Shown here piece after piece: positions 17,431 to 25,082 of a DNA stretch of 49,280 nucleotides. The translations under genes were made by a program, and so were the position numbers. Position 1 is the first letter of the stretch. Every line of letters begins with the position of its first letter. Source of the DNA: a candidate division WWE3 bacterium RIFOXYD1_FULL_43_17 (GTDB taxonomy: Bacteria > Patescibacteriota > WWE3 > UBA101185 > UBA10185); NCBI GenBank assembly GCA_001773385.1, contig MEWJ01000032.1, positions 1 through 49,280 on the forward strand, read 5' to 3'. The notes under the pieces are model-generated. The model was not told where the DNA came from, ran no database searches, and saw nothing but the letters and a program-made list of their open reading frames with translations.

Positions 17431-19548
17431 ATGAACAAAGACAGGTTATTTGAGAATCTAGTAAATAAGAATAATTTAGAAAAAGCATTTGACTATCTTT
17501 TAGTTGAAATAGAGAACTCTAGTCTTGCAATTGACCCTATATGGACCCCCGCACTGCAAGCAATAAAAAAAAACAGAAAAACATATTTCAACGCACTAAG
17601 TGAACTCCTTATAAACGGATACTTCCAAGCAGACAAAGCAAGATATTTTAAATTTCCGAAAGACAATTTGGGAATTAGGCCGGTCGCAATACTATCTATA
17701 ACAGACAGGATTATCTACCAAGCTATATTTCTTAAGCCCGTATTAGGTAACGTCTTAAAGACTAAATATACACAACCGCCTTGTTATACACCAAACCTAT
17801 CGTCAGAAACAGAAAAAACATATTTAGAAGACTGGCACCAGAAATGGGATGATTACATTAACGATCAAGTTAAAGCATATAGAGACGGTTATATATACAA
17901 AGTAGACCTTGATGTGAAATCATTTTTCGATAACATCAACCACGAACTAATAAAAGATTTTTTAGTGAAAGAATGTAATGTAAACGGAACAAAGGTATTA
18001 GAGATACTTATGAACCTGCTTTCGACCTGGGCACATAAACCTGGTTTTGGTGTTCCCCAAGGACCTGAAGCTTCTATATTCATCGCATCGGCTTTTCTCT
18101 CGCAACTTGATGATAAAGGTATTTCGTTAAGCTCGGAGTTAGAGTTTAGACAATTTAGATACAATGACGACATTTGTTTGATGGCAAAAACCCCCGAAGT
18201 ATTACACCAACTAATAGAAGTACTTTCAAATTATCTTTTTGATATATTTCTAGAACTAAATGGTAAAACTTCATTTTGTCTACTGGACGAGGGCGAACTA
18301 TTAAAGTTAGCAAAACGACGCATTTACTCACCTTATGGTATTAATGAAGATTCTTTATACACAGTACTTAACATTGAGAACTCCATACCAGATTATTTAA
18401 TCAAACTTAGAAATAATCGGCAATTAGAACAGTATGAGGTATCAGCACTTAAATATTATCTTAAAGGCGCAAAGAATAGAGCTTACTGTACCCGTTTTAT
18501 CGACCTGCTTGATAAATCTCACTCACTCTCACTTTACATTTGTAGGTATGTCCAAAAATTTGTAGACGATGCGTCTGTTTATAATTACTTGTGTAAAACA
18601 TATAGCGAAAAACACTTATATTCATGGTCTAAATTTTGGGTGCTTAAAACGCTAATTTCATCTAAACACTTTCAAGATAAGAAAAATTTAGAAAGTTCTA
18701 AAACCCTTGTATTAAACGGCCTGAACGATAAAAGTTGGGAAATAAGGTCATTGTGCCTGTATATTGCCGAATTATTTGGATTTATAAGCGATTCAAGTGC
18801 GCTAATCAGTAAACTCCACAAATCAGCAGATAACATCTTTGAAAAAAGTATGACCACTTATTTATTGGGAAGTAAGAATGAATCAGGGATGATGTCTGAC
18901 TTACTAAGAAGTAACTGCACAGATTTACAAATAATTGCTTTTAGTGCCCTAAATAAACCAGACTTATCAAACTTACCCAATGACCTATCACCATTTAGCC
19001 AATATTTATTAAAAATTAACAACACTAGTACTGTATCCAGTAGTACATCAGTTATTCAACACTCTCTGCTTGATTTAGTAAGTGAGTGTGGGGCTGTGCA
19101 TATAAGTTTAGATACAACTAAACTAAGCAAAGAGCTTGGGTTAACTTGGAATCAAAATAATAGCGGGAAGCTTAAAAGGTCTAAAAAAATTGTACATTGG
19201 GTAGAACTAAACTATTCTGGAGAACTAGTGATGGACAGTGCTTATATTCTATCGAAGCCGAATATTGATAGTGAAAATGAATGTTTCATTTCCTATGTTA
19301 TCAATCGTTCTGGCAAGAATATAACTAAAAAAGATATTGAGAATGACCAAAATATTAAGATAACAAGGTCTTTTAACAACATATTAAATGATTTGGGTTT
19401 TAAGGGTGAGATAAAAAAGCTGTTCTTCCCGATAACAAGTGCGGGAGAAGTGAGGTTTTTCAGAAAGTTGAAGCAGATAGATGTCACATCGTCCTCCATA
19501 GACGAAAAGAAACTGGAGAAACAACTCAAAAAACTCAGACCCTTTTAA
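17431..19548 (+). CDS. Reverse transcriptase (UG/Abi-like architecture) with alpha-helical repeat region and extra C-terminal domain
   Basis: PKDNLGIRPVAILSITDRIIYQA, DLDVKSFFDNINH, GVPQGPEAS, catalytic RYNDD (18160-18171), LELNGKT; HEAT-like segments; Ser/Thr linker; C-terminal about 115-aa domain. Confidence 0.88.
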   Translation: MNKDRLFENLVNKNNLEKAFDYLLVEIENSSLAIDPIWTPALQAIKKNRKTYFNALSELLINGYFQADKARYFKFPKDNLGIRPVAILSITDRIIYQAIFLKPVLGNVLKTKYTQPPCYTPNLSSETEKTYLEDWHQKWDDYINDQVKAYRDGYIYKVDLDVKSFFDNINHELIKDFLVKECNVNGTKVLEILMNLLSTWAHKPGFGVPQGPEASIFIASAFLSQLDDKGISLSSELEFRQFRYNDDICLMAKTPEVLHQLIEVLSNYLFDIFLELNGKTSFCLLDEGELLKLAKRRIYSPYGINEDSLYTVLNIENSIPDYLIKLRNNRQLEQYEVSALKYYLKGAKNRAYCTRFIDLLDKSHSLSLYICRYVQKFVDDASVYNYLCKTYSEKHLYSWSKFWVLKTLISSKHFQDKKNLESSKTLVLNGLNDKSWEIRSLCLYIAELFGFISDSSALISKLHKSADNIFEKSMTTYLLGSKNESGMMSDLLRSNCTDLQIIAFSALNKPDLSNLPNDLSPFSQYLLKINNTSTVSSSTSVIQHSLLDLVSECGAVHISLDTTKLSKELGLTWNQNNSGKLKRSKKIVHWVELNYSGELVMDSAYILSKPNIDSENECFISYVINRSGKNITKKDIENDQNIKITRSFNNILNDLGFKGEIKKLFFPITSAGEVRFFRKLKQIDVTSSSIDEKKLEKQLKKLRPF

Positions 19549-19550
19549 AA

Positions 19551-19580
19551 GACTACGAAGTACTACGAAACCCTATGAAA
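19551..19580 (+). promoter_or_regulatory. Triple 10-bp phased direct repeat upstream of replication operon
   Basis: GACTACGAAG TACTACGAAA CCCTATGAAA directly after the RT stop codon. Confidence 0.5.
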
Positions 19581-19619
19581 CAGGGCATTTATACCCCATA
19601 CCGTTGATATTCTGTCATT

Positions 19620-19877
19620 GTGAACGACAGAATTAATAATAAACAAATTAATACATATAGAAGCACCGATTTAGCAATCACAAGCTTTTTATCGCTTTCC
19701 TTTAATCTCATAGCATTGGAAAAAGTTGAGGGTAATCGTTATGAATTTGTGTTTGAACGTACACCAGAACTAGAGAAAGCAATAGAATCCTTTTTCAACA
19801 ATACCGCAAAAGTTAGTCCCACAGATTATTTCAATTCAATAAAAAGTATCAAATCGAGGATTTATTCCAGGAGTTAA
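19620..19877 (+). CDS. DUF5659-like protein
   Basis: YRSTDLAITSFL...LEK....YEFVFE.TPELEKAIESFF....VSP..YFNSIKSIKSRIY pattern; GTG start. Confidence 0.7.
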   Translation: MNDRINNKQINTYRSTDLAITSFLSLSFNLIALEKVEGNRYEFVFERTPELEKAIESFFNNTAKVSPTDYFNSIKSIKSRIYSRS

Positions 19878-19879
19878 AG

Positions 19880-20086
19880 ATGTTGCCTGTTCAAGCAGTT
19901 ATTGAGTGGAAAGAAATATACAAGAAGACAACAGGAGTTGACCTAAGCATTGAGGACGCCACGGAAAGGGCAAATAGGATGTTTAGATTTTTATCGAATA
20001 TTACGAAGCCGAAAAGAAGTAGAAAATTAAAAATTTTTGAAGGGGGTGATAAAGATGGCAAGAAAACTAACAGTAAAAAAGTCTGA
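19880..20086 (+). CDS. Small hypothetical protein of integrative element
   Basis: 68 aa, in operon between DUF5659-like gene and SSB-like gene. Confidence 0.65.
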   Translation: MLPVQAVIEWKEIYKKTTGVDLSIEDATERANRMFRFLSNITKPKRSRKLKIFEGGDKDGKKTNSKKV

Positions 20087-20438
20087 ATCTATCAAGCCAA
20101 TTCCAGGTGATGTTTATCCTGCTAAATTGGTCCGAATTGATGACGGAGAAGGAGGTTTTGGCGAGTATTACAAATTTGTTTTCGAGATATCAGAAGAATC
20201 TGCGTATCAAGGGGAACAAAGAACATTGCTTGCAAGCCGTAAGCTATCCAGAAGTCCGAAAGGCGAAAGTAAGCTTCTAAACATTTTAGAGGTATTAGCA
20301 GGCAACAAACTGGAGTTGGAAGAAGAAGTTGATGTTGACGATTATGTTGGAAAGAAATGCCGAATCTTGGTTGAGGAACCAAAAGAAAGAGACGGCATGA
20401 TTATCCAAAATGTCACGCAAGTTCTACCTACAAAGTAG
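20055..20438 (+). CDS. Putative ssDNA-binding OB-fold protein (DUF669-like)
   Basis: PGDVYPAKLVRI...YYKFVFEI...YVGKKCRILV pattern; SD GGGGGTGA before ATG at 20055. Confidence 0.55.
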   Translation: MARKLTVKKSESIKPIPGDVYPAKLVRIDDGEGGFGEYYKFVFEISEESAYQGEQRTLLASRKLSRSPKGESKLLNILEVLAGNKLELEEEVDVDDYVGKKCRILVEEPKERDGMIIQNVTQVLPTK

Positions 20439-20449
20439 TATTTAATTTT

Positions 20450-20486
20450 GGTCGGGGGCATTTGCTTGTACCAAGTGTCCCCTACC
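20450..20486 (+). other. GC-rich hairpin between SSB-like gene and primase
   Basis: GGGGCATTTG...CAAGTGTCCCC imperfect inverted repeat; no U-tract on + strand. Confidence 0.45.
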
Positions 20487-20504
20487 TACAAAGAGATTTA
20501 ACAA

Positions 20505-22859
20505 ATGAATTATACCAATAATGAATATATAAAAGAACCTGCGGAGTTCCTAACCGATTGGGGTATCAATTATTCTGATACCAAAAAGGAACTTCGAACC
20601 CTGTGTTTATTTAGTGACTGCGATTCGGATAAATCTGACTACAAACTAGGTCATCTATATATTTCGTCAACCACAGGGCAATATAATTGTAAAAAATGTA
20701 ATGCTACGGGAAATCTCGTGACATTAGCAAAACATTTAGGCATTGATGTTGCTACCCTATATCAGAAGCAAGGCAGGATTAAAGCACGGACTAAAAAGGC
20801 GGAGGTAAAAAACGGGCAACCTGAAAAGGTTTACGATGACGATTTAACTAATGAAGCAGTCGAATGTCATGAGGAGCTTACTACTGCTCATCGCCAATAC
20901 TTTGTAGACAGGGGGTTATCCAATGAAACAATTGATAAATACCTGCTAGGAGAAGCCGAGGTGGGTGGTTTGCAATGGTTAACAATACCCATATTTGATG
21001 AAAATAATCGAGTAATATTTTTTAAGCTAAGAAGACTGCCAGAACAGGAAGAAACTAATCCTACAAAATATAGATATACGAAAGACGCCGAAGCTAGTGT
21101 TTACGGTGTAGAAATTCTAAAAGATGTGTTAAATGAGCCAGTCATTATTACCGAAGGTGAACTTGATTGTCTTGTATTAAGGGATTTAGGTTTTAAGGCT
21201 GTATCTTCTACTGGTGGTGCAGGTACTTTCAAAAATAAATGGGTAGATTACTTTGATAAGGTCTCTGCTGTATTTTTTGCATTTGATAATGATGAAGTTG
21301 GAATTCGTGAAGCCGTTAATCACGCCAAACTGTTTAGAAACAAAGACGTCTATATAGTAGATATACCTAAAATTGAAGGCATAAAAGACATTTCTAACTA
21401 CAGAACAAGTCAAAAGACTAAGGAAGATTTTGAAAAATTACTAAAAGAAGCTAGAAAGTATGACCCCTATAAGTTAGAGTTTTCAGGTATTCAGTTTGCA
21501 GATGCTTTAACAGAATTTATTCCCGCACAGTATTTCACTTCGAATAATGCATATTTGACCCTACAACTGAATGTTAAAAATGAGGATACCGTGGATAAAG
21601 AGACCTATGTAATCAACTCTGAAAGGCAAATAGTCCCTTTAGGTTTATTTCTTAAGACGAATAACTATCTTTCTACAAGAGAACCAAAATTTCCTCAAAG
21701 ATGGTCAACTGAATCATTGGATAGATATTTGAAGAAAAACGATATATCATTAGACTACTTTTCTTTACTTGATAAAACCGTCGGGACGCTAAAATATTAT
21801 CTGGACCTTAATCACGAGGATTGGTATCTGGTTGTAGCTCTCTGGGTTTGGGGAACATACTTTTATAGGCTTTTCGGTTCATATCCCTATTTCAACATCA
21901 ATGGACTTATGAACTCAGGCAAGACAAAACTGCTTGAGTTATGCAGTGAGCTGGCTTTCAATGGTAAATTCTTAATGGGTAGCACTCCTGCTTTTGTTAT
22001 AAGGGAAATACACGAAAATAGTTCTACGATATTTTTAGATGAGGTGGAAAGCCTAAAAAAGGCTTCTACACCTGAAGCACAAACATTGTCCTTAATGCTT
22101 AATTCTGGTTACAAGGCAGGTCCACGAGTTGGAAAAATGCAACCTACAGGTACAAAGGGTTGGGATTCAAAAGAATACGACCCCTACTCCCCTAAAATGA
22201 TTGCAGGCATAAGCGATGTGTCCGAAACATTACAATCCCGTTCCTTAAACTTAACTATGCTTGCAAGCAACAATAAGGAAATTAAAAACCGAGAGCTTGA
22301 AACAACTTCACGTTCTTTCAAGGAGTTAAGAGACGGTTACTACTTATCCGTGATGGACCTGCATAAAGAAATGTTCAAAACATATAAGACATTAACAGAA
22401 ACCAATATTCAGGGACGAAATTGGGAAGTGTGGCGACCCATTTTTACATTGGCAAAAGTTATTGATGATAGAACCCAGCGAGATGGTTTAACCTACAACT
22501 TGGTTAGAGATTTTGCTTTAGACCGAATACATATCGCATCTAGTGTATCTGCCGATGACCAAACTGTAATTCAGCTACTTTTAGCCTTAAAAGACATGAT
22601 GGAAAGTGAGACAAAACGAGAGGCATTTTATCCGACAATAAATCTTAAGACTTTTTTGAAAACAGAGCATGCCGATGACTTTGGATGGCTAGAAAGCACT
22701 AACTATATAGGCGTATTGCTTAGAAGGTCTGGTGTAGTTCTACAAGGGTCTGAAATAAGACGATTAGGCGGTAAACCAATGAGAGGTTATCTTTTGAACC
22801 TAGATGTAATAAATGAGCGACTAAAAGCCTTGGGATTTGAATATGGCGAAATCAAGTAA
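20505..22859 (+). CDS. Primase-helicase fusion (Zn finger + TOPRIM + P-loop ATPase)
   Basis: C....C...H......CKKC zinc finger; ITEGELD and AFDND TOPRIM motifs; Walker A GLMNSGKT and Walker B IFLDE. Confidence 0.85.
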   Translation: MNYTNNEYIKEPAEFLTDWGINYSDTKKELRTLCLFSDCDSDKSDYKLGHLYISSTTGQYNCKKCNATGNLVTLAKHLGIDVATLYQKQGRIKARTKKAEVKNGQPEKVYDDDLTNEAVECHEELTTAHRQYFVDRGLSNETIDKYLLGEAEVGGLQWLTIPIFDENNRVIFFKLRRLPEQEETNPTKYRYTKDAEASVYGVEILKDVLNEPVIITEGELDCLVLRDLGFKAVSSTGGAGTFKNKWVDYFDKVSAVFFAFDNDEVGIREAVNHAKLFRNKDVYIVDIPKIEGIKDISNYRTSQKTKEDFEKLLKEARKYDPYKLEFSGIQFADALTEFIPAQYFTSNNAYLTLQLNVKNEDTVDKETYVINSERQIVPLGLFLKTNNYLSTREPKFPQRWSTESLDRYLKKNDISLDYFSLLDKTVGTLKYYLDLNHEDWYLVVALWVWGTYFYRLFGSYPYFNINGLMNSGKTKLLELCSELAFNGKFLMGSTPAFVIREIHENSSTIFLDEVESLKKASTPEAQTLSLMLNSGYKAGPRVGKMQPTGTKGWDSKEYDPYSPKMIAGISDVSETLQSRSLNLTMLASNNKEIKNRELETTSRSFKELRDGYYLSVMDLHKEMFKTYKTLTETNIQGRNWEVWRPIFTLAKVIDDRTQRDGLTYNLVRDFALDRIHIASSVSADDQTVIQLLLALKDMMESETKREAFYPTINLKTFLKTEHADDFGWLESTNYIGVLLRRSGVVLQGSEIRRLGGKPMRGYLLNLDVINERLKALGFEYGEIK

Positions 22860-23002
22860 CATTTGTAACACCTACGCTTATACATTGTCACAGCGACAAT
22901 ATTTCCCGTTACAAAAATGTTACACATCAAGATGTAGTATTTGTAACATTTCTGTTACAGGCTTATTTGTTGTCGCTAAAGGATATTATGTTTAATGTAA
23001 CA
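22856..23002. repeat. Iteron-like GTAACA/TGTTAC cluster, putative replication origin of element B
   Basis: GTAAC(A) or its complement at about 22856, 22865, 22908, 22918, 22942, 22953, 22996 in both orientations. Confidence 0.65.
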
Positions 23003-23242
23003 AAAATACAAAAATATGAGGACTTAACAAAACTTAACATTTCAGAGCTTATGGTATATGAGATTGAACTTCAGTCTTACCTTCAAACACACGAGCCCGA
23101 TATGTCAAAACAAGGAACAGTGGATGTAAATGACAGACCTTTTGACAGACAACTTTATGAAGAAAAGAAGCAACAATGGTATTCAATTTGGGTCGAGTAT
23201 TTTACGCGACCTGTTGAGGAAGGACTAGATATTAAGTTATAA
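22967..23242 (+). CDS. Small hypothetical protein
   Basis: ORF between primase and LSR; start uncertain (ATG at 22988 possible), overlaps repeat cluster. Confidence 0.45.
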   Translation: MLSLKDIMFNVTKIQKYEDLTKLNISELMVYEIELQSYLQTHEPDMSKQGTVDVNDRPFDRQLYEEKKQQWYSIWVEYFTRPVEEGLDIKL

Positions 23243-23344
23243 TTTTAGTGTTGAATAGATTTAGTTACGAATGTGTAAATAGCCGTATTGGTATAAATGC
23301 ATTCGTGCATCTATTCAACAACCAGTACGGCTTTTTATATTAAT

Positions 23345-24991
23345 ATGGATTTTTTAGTAAACAAAGATATACAAAATAAAAACGGCATTGAATACTGTAG
23401 AAAATCTACGGAGTCAGAAGACCGCCAAGCCTTTTCTCTTAAAGACCAACATGATGTCAATTTTAAAGTAGCGGAAAGATATGGTGTAAAAGTTAAAAAA
23501 TCGCTTCAGGAATCAATGTCTGCCAAGAAAAGAGGAAGACCGTTTTTCAATGAAATGGTTGCAAGTGTTGAAAGTGGTAAATATGAAGTCATTGTATGTT
23601 GGGCATTAAACCGTTTAGCCCGTAATTCAGTTGATGGTGCGATGCTAATTGAGTTGATGGATAATAAAAAGCTTCATGCAATTCTAACTCCTGGAAAAGT
23701 CTACTATAACAGTGGCGACGACAAGCTGTTACTTCAAATAGAATTTGGATTAGCTAAGAAATATTCCGATGATTTAGGACCTACTGTGTTAAGAGGTATG
23801 TATTCAAAGCTTAAGCGTGGTTGGTATCCTGGTCCTGCAAAGCCTGGTTATATCAATAGAAAAGAAAAAGGCGAAATAATACAGGTAATAGATGAAGAAC
23901 GATTTCCACTATTAAGAAAGGGTATTGAAATGTACCTAGAAGGAGCAAGAGTCGAACATGTACTTGAGCTACTAAATGATAAGTGGGGTTATAAAACCAT
24001 ACAAACTGAAAAAACAGGAAATAAACCTTTATCAATATCAAGCTTTTATCGAATACTAAACGACAGTTTTTACTTTGGAAAAATAGTGTGGAACGGTGAG
24101 GAAGGTGAGCTTAATCCCGAAGTACCAAAACTTGTGTCCGAGAAAGAGTTCTGGGATATACAACGAAGACTTGGTGCAAAAGGTATTTCAAGACCTTCAA
24201 AACACATGGAAGTCCCCTACCGAAGCATCATTAAATGTTCAGAGTGTGGAAGCGCCATAATCACTTACCCCAAAATTAAGAAACTAGCTTCAGGAGAAAC
24301 AGTAGTTTATTTATATGCTAAATGTTCAAGCAAAAAACATTGTACACAGAAGCACATCTCCGTTTCAAAAATTGAAAAGCAACTTAATGAGATTGTGAAA
24401 ACCGTAGAAGTGTCTCAAGACTTCCATGATTGGTTTTTGAAATGGCTAAAACACGACCATCAAGTTGAAACTACTGAAACCGAAGTTCTACTACAAAGAA
24501 TAGACGCACAGATTGAAATCCAACATAAACGAAGAAATAATTTATTTGAGATGAGACTTAATGGCGAAGCGGTTGAAGTTGAGTATAGGACCAAGAAAGA
24601 AGAAATCGAAGTTGAAATCAAAAGATTGGAAAAAGAAAGAGCGGGGGTTAAGTACGCGTCTGACGATTGGATTAAAAGAGCTGAAAAACGCATTAACTAC
24701 GCTTTATACGCAAGAGACACTTTAGAAAATGGTGATTACTTACAAAAATCAAGTGTACTTTCGGATTTGGGTTCGAACTTTTTGCTAAAAGAGGGTTTAC
24801 TCTTTGCTGACATAGACCCGATGCTTGCCGTCTTCAAAAAACACTATGAAATTGTTAATAAGGATTTAATAGGGTTCGAACTGGAAGATAAGTTGTTAAA
24901 TCAAGCTAACTCTGAAATTTTGAAATCATGGCTGGGGGATAGGGATTCGAACCCCAATAGGCGGGACCAAAACCCGCAGTCCTACCGTTAG
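23345..24991 (+). CDS. Large serine recombinase B; C-terminus read antisense through tRNA-Gln
   Basis: YCRKSTE motif, LNRLARN, CSECGS...C....C zinc ribbon, coiled coil; ends WLGDRDSNPNRRDQNPQSYR; alternative start 23297. Confidence 0.93.
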   Translation: MDFLVNKDIQNKNGIEYCRKSTESEDRQAFSLKDQHDVNFKVAERYGVKVKKSLQESMSAKKRGRPFFNEMVASVESGKYEVIVCWALNRLARNSVDGAMLIELMDNKKLHAILTPGKVYYNSGDDKLLLQIEFGLAKKYSDDLGPTVLRGMYSKLKRGWYPGPAKPGYINRKEKGEIIQVIDEERFPLLRKGIEMYLEGARVEHVLELLNDKWGYKTIQTEKTGNKPLSISSFYRILNDSFYFGKIVWNGEEGELNPEVPKLVSEKEFWDIQRRLGAKGISRPSKHMEVPYRSIIKCSECGSAIITYPKIKKLASGETVVYLYAKCSSKKHCTQKHISVSKIEKQLNEIVKTVEVSQDFHDWFLKWLKHDHQVETTETEVLLQRIDAQIEIQHKRRNNLFEMRLNGEAVEVEYRTKKEEIEVEIKRLEKERAGVKYASDDWIKRAEKRINYALYARDTLENGDYLQKSSVLSDLGSNFLLKEGLLFADIDPMLAVFKKHYEIVNKDLIGFELEDKLLNQANSEILKSWLGDRDSNPNRRDQNPQSYR

Positions 24992-25002
24992 ACGATCCCC
25001 CA
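24929..25002 (-). tRNA. tRNA-Gln(UUG), integration target
   Basis: TGGGGGA/TCCCCCA acceptor, GCGGG-TTTTGGT-CCCGC anticodon arm, GGTTCGAATCC T-arm, encoded CCA. Confidence 0.97.
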
Positions 25003-25023
25003 ATACTCAAACAAACACAAGAA

Positions 25024-25032
25024 ATTATAGCA
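25024..25032 (-). promoter_or_regulatory. Extended -10 promoter (TGCTATAAT) of tRNA-Gln
   Basis: ATTATAGCA on + strand about 20 nt upstream of tRNA 5' end. Confidence 0.55.
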
Positions 25033-25082
25033 CCTAACGCTGCCCAAACCAGCACCTAACGCTCCAATTCTACCCTCTCAGC

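Larger units (their letters stand above)
5136..24934. mobile_element. Integrative element B (primase-helicase replicon + LSR; cargo giant subtilase-adhesin and RT)
   Basis: Bounded by ATGGCTG at 5135-5141 and 24928-24934. The left arm has GTTCGAACT (5157-5165), repeated twice in LSR-B (24771, 24874). Abuts tRNA-Gln CCA end. Confidence 0.82.

Noticed and set aside
17431-19548. RT as group II intron, retron or DGR component
   Set aside because: Flanks are only 44 and 71 bp with no domain V/VI or msr-msd inverted repeats. I saw no TR/VR pair with adenine-specific mismatches and no avd gene. Size and C-terminal architecture do not fit. A divergent ncRNA cannot be excluded by eye.
5136-24934. Prophage or conjugative ICE
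   Set aside because: No terminase, capsid, tail, lysis, VirB4 or coupling-protein genes recognised.
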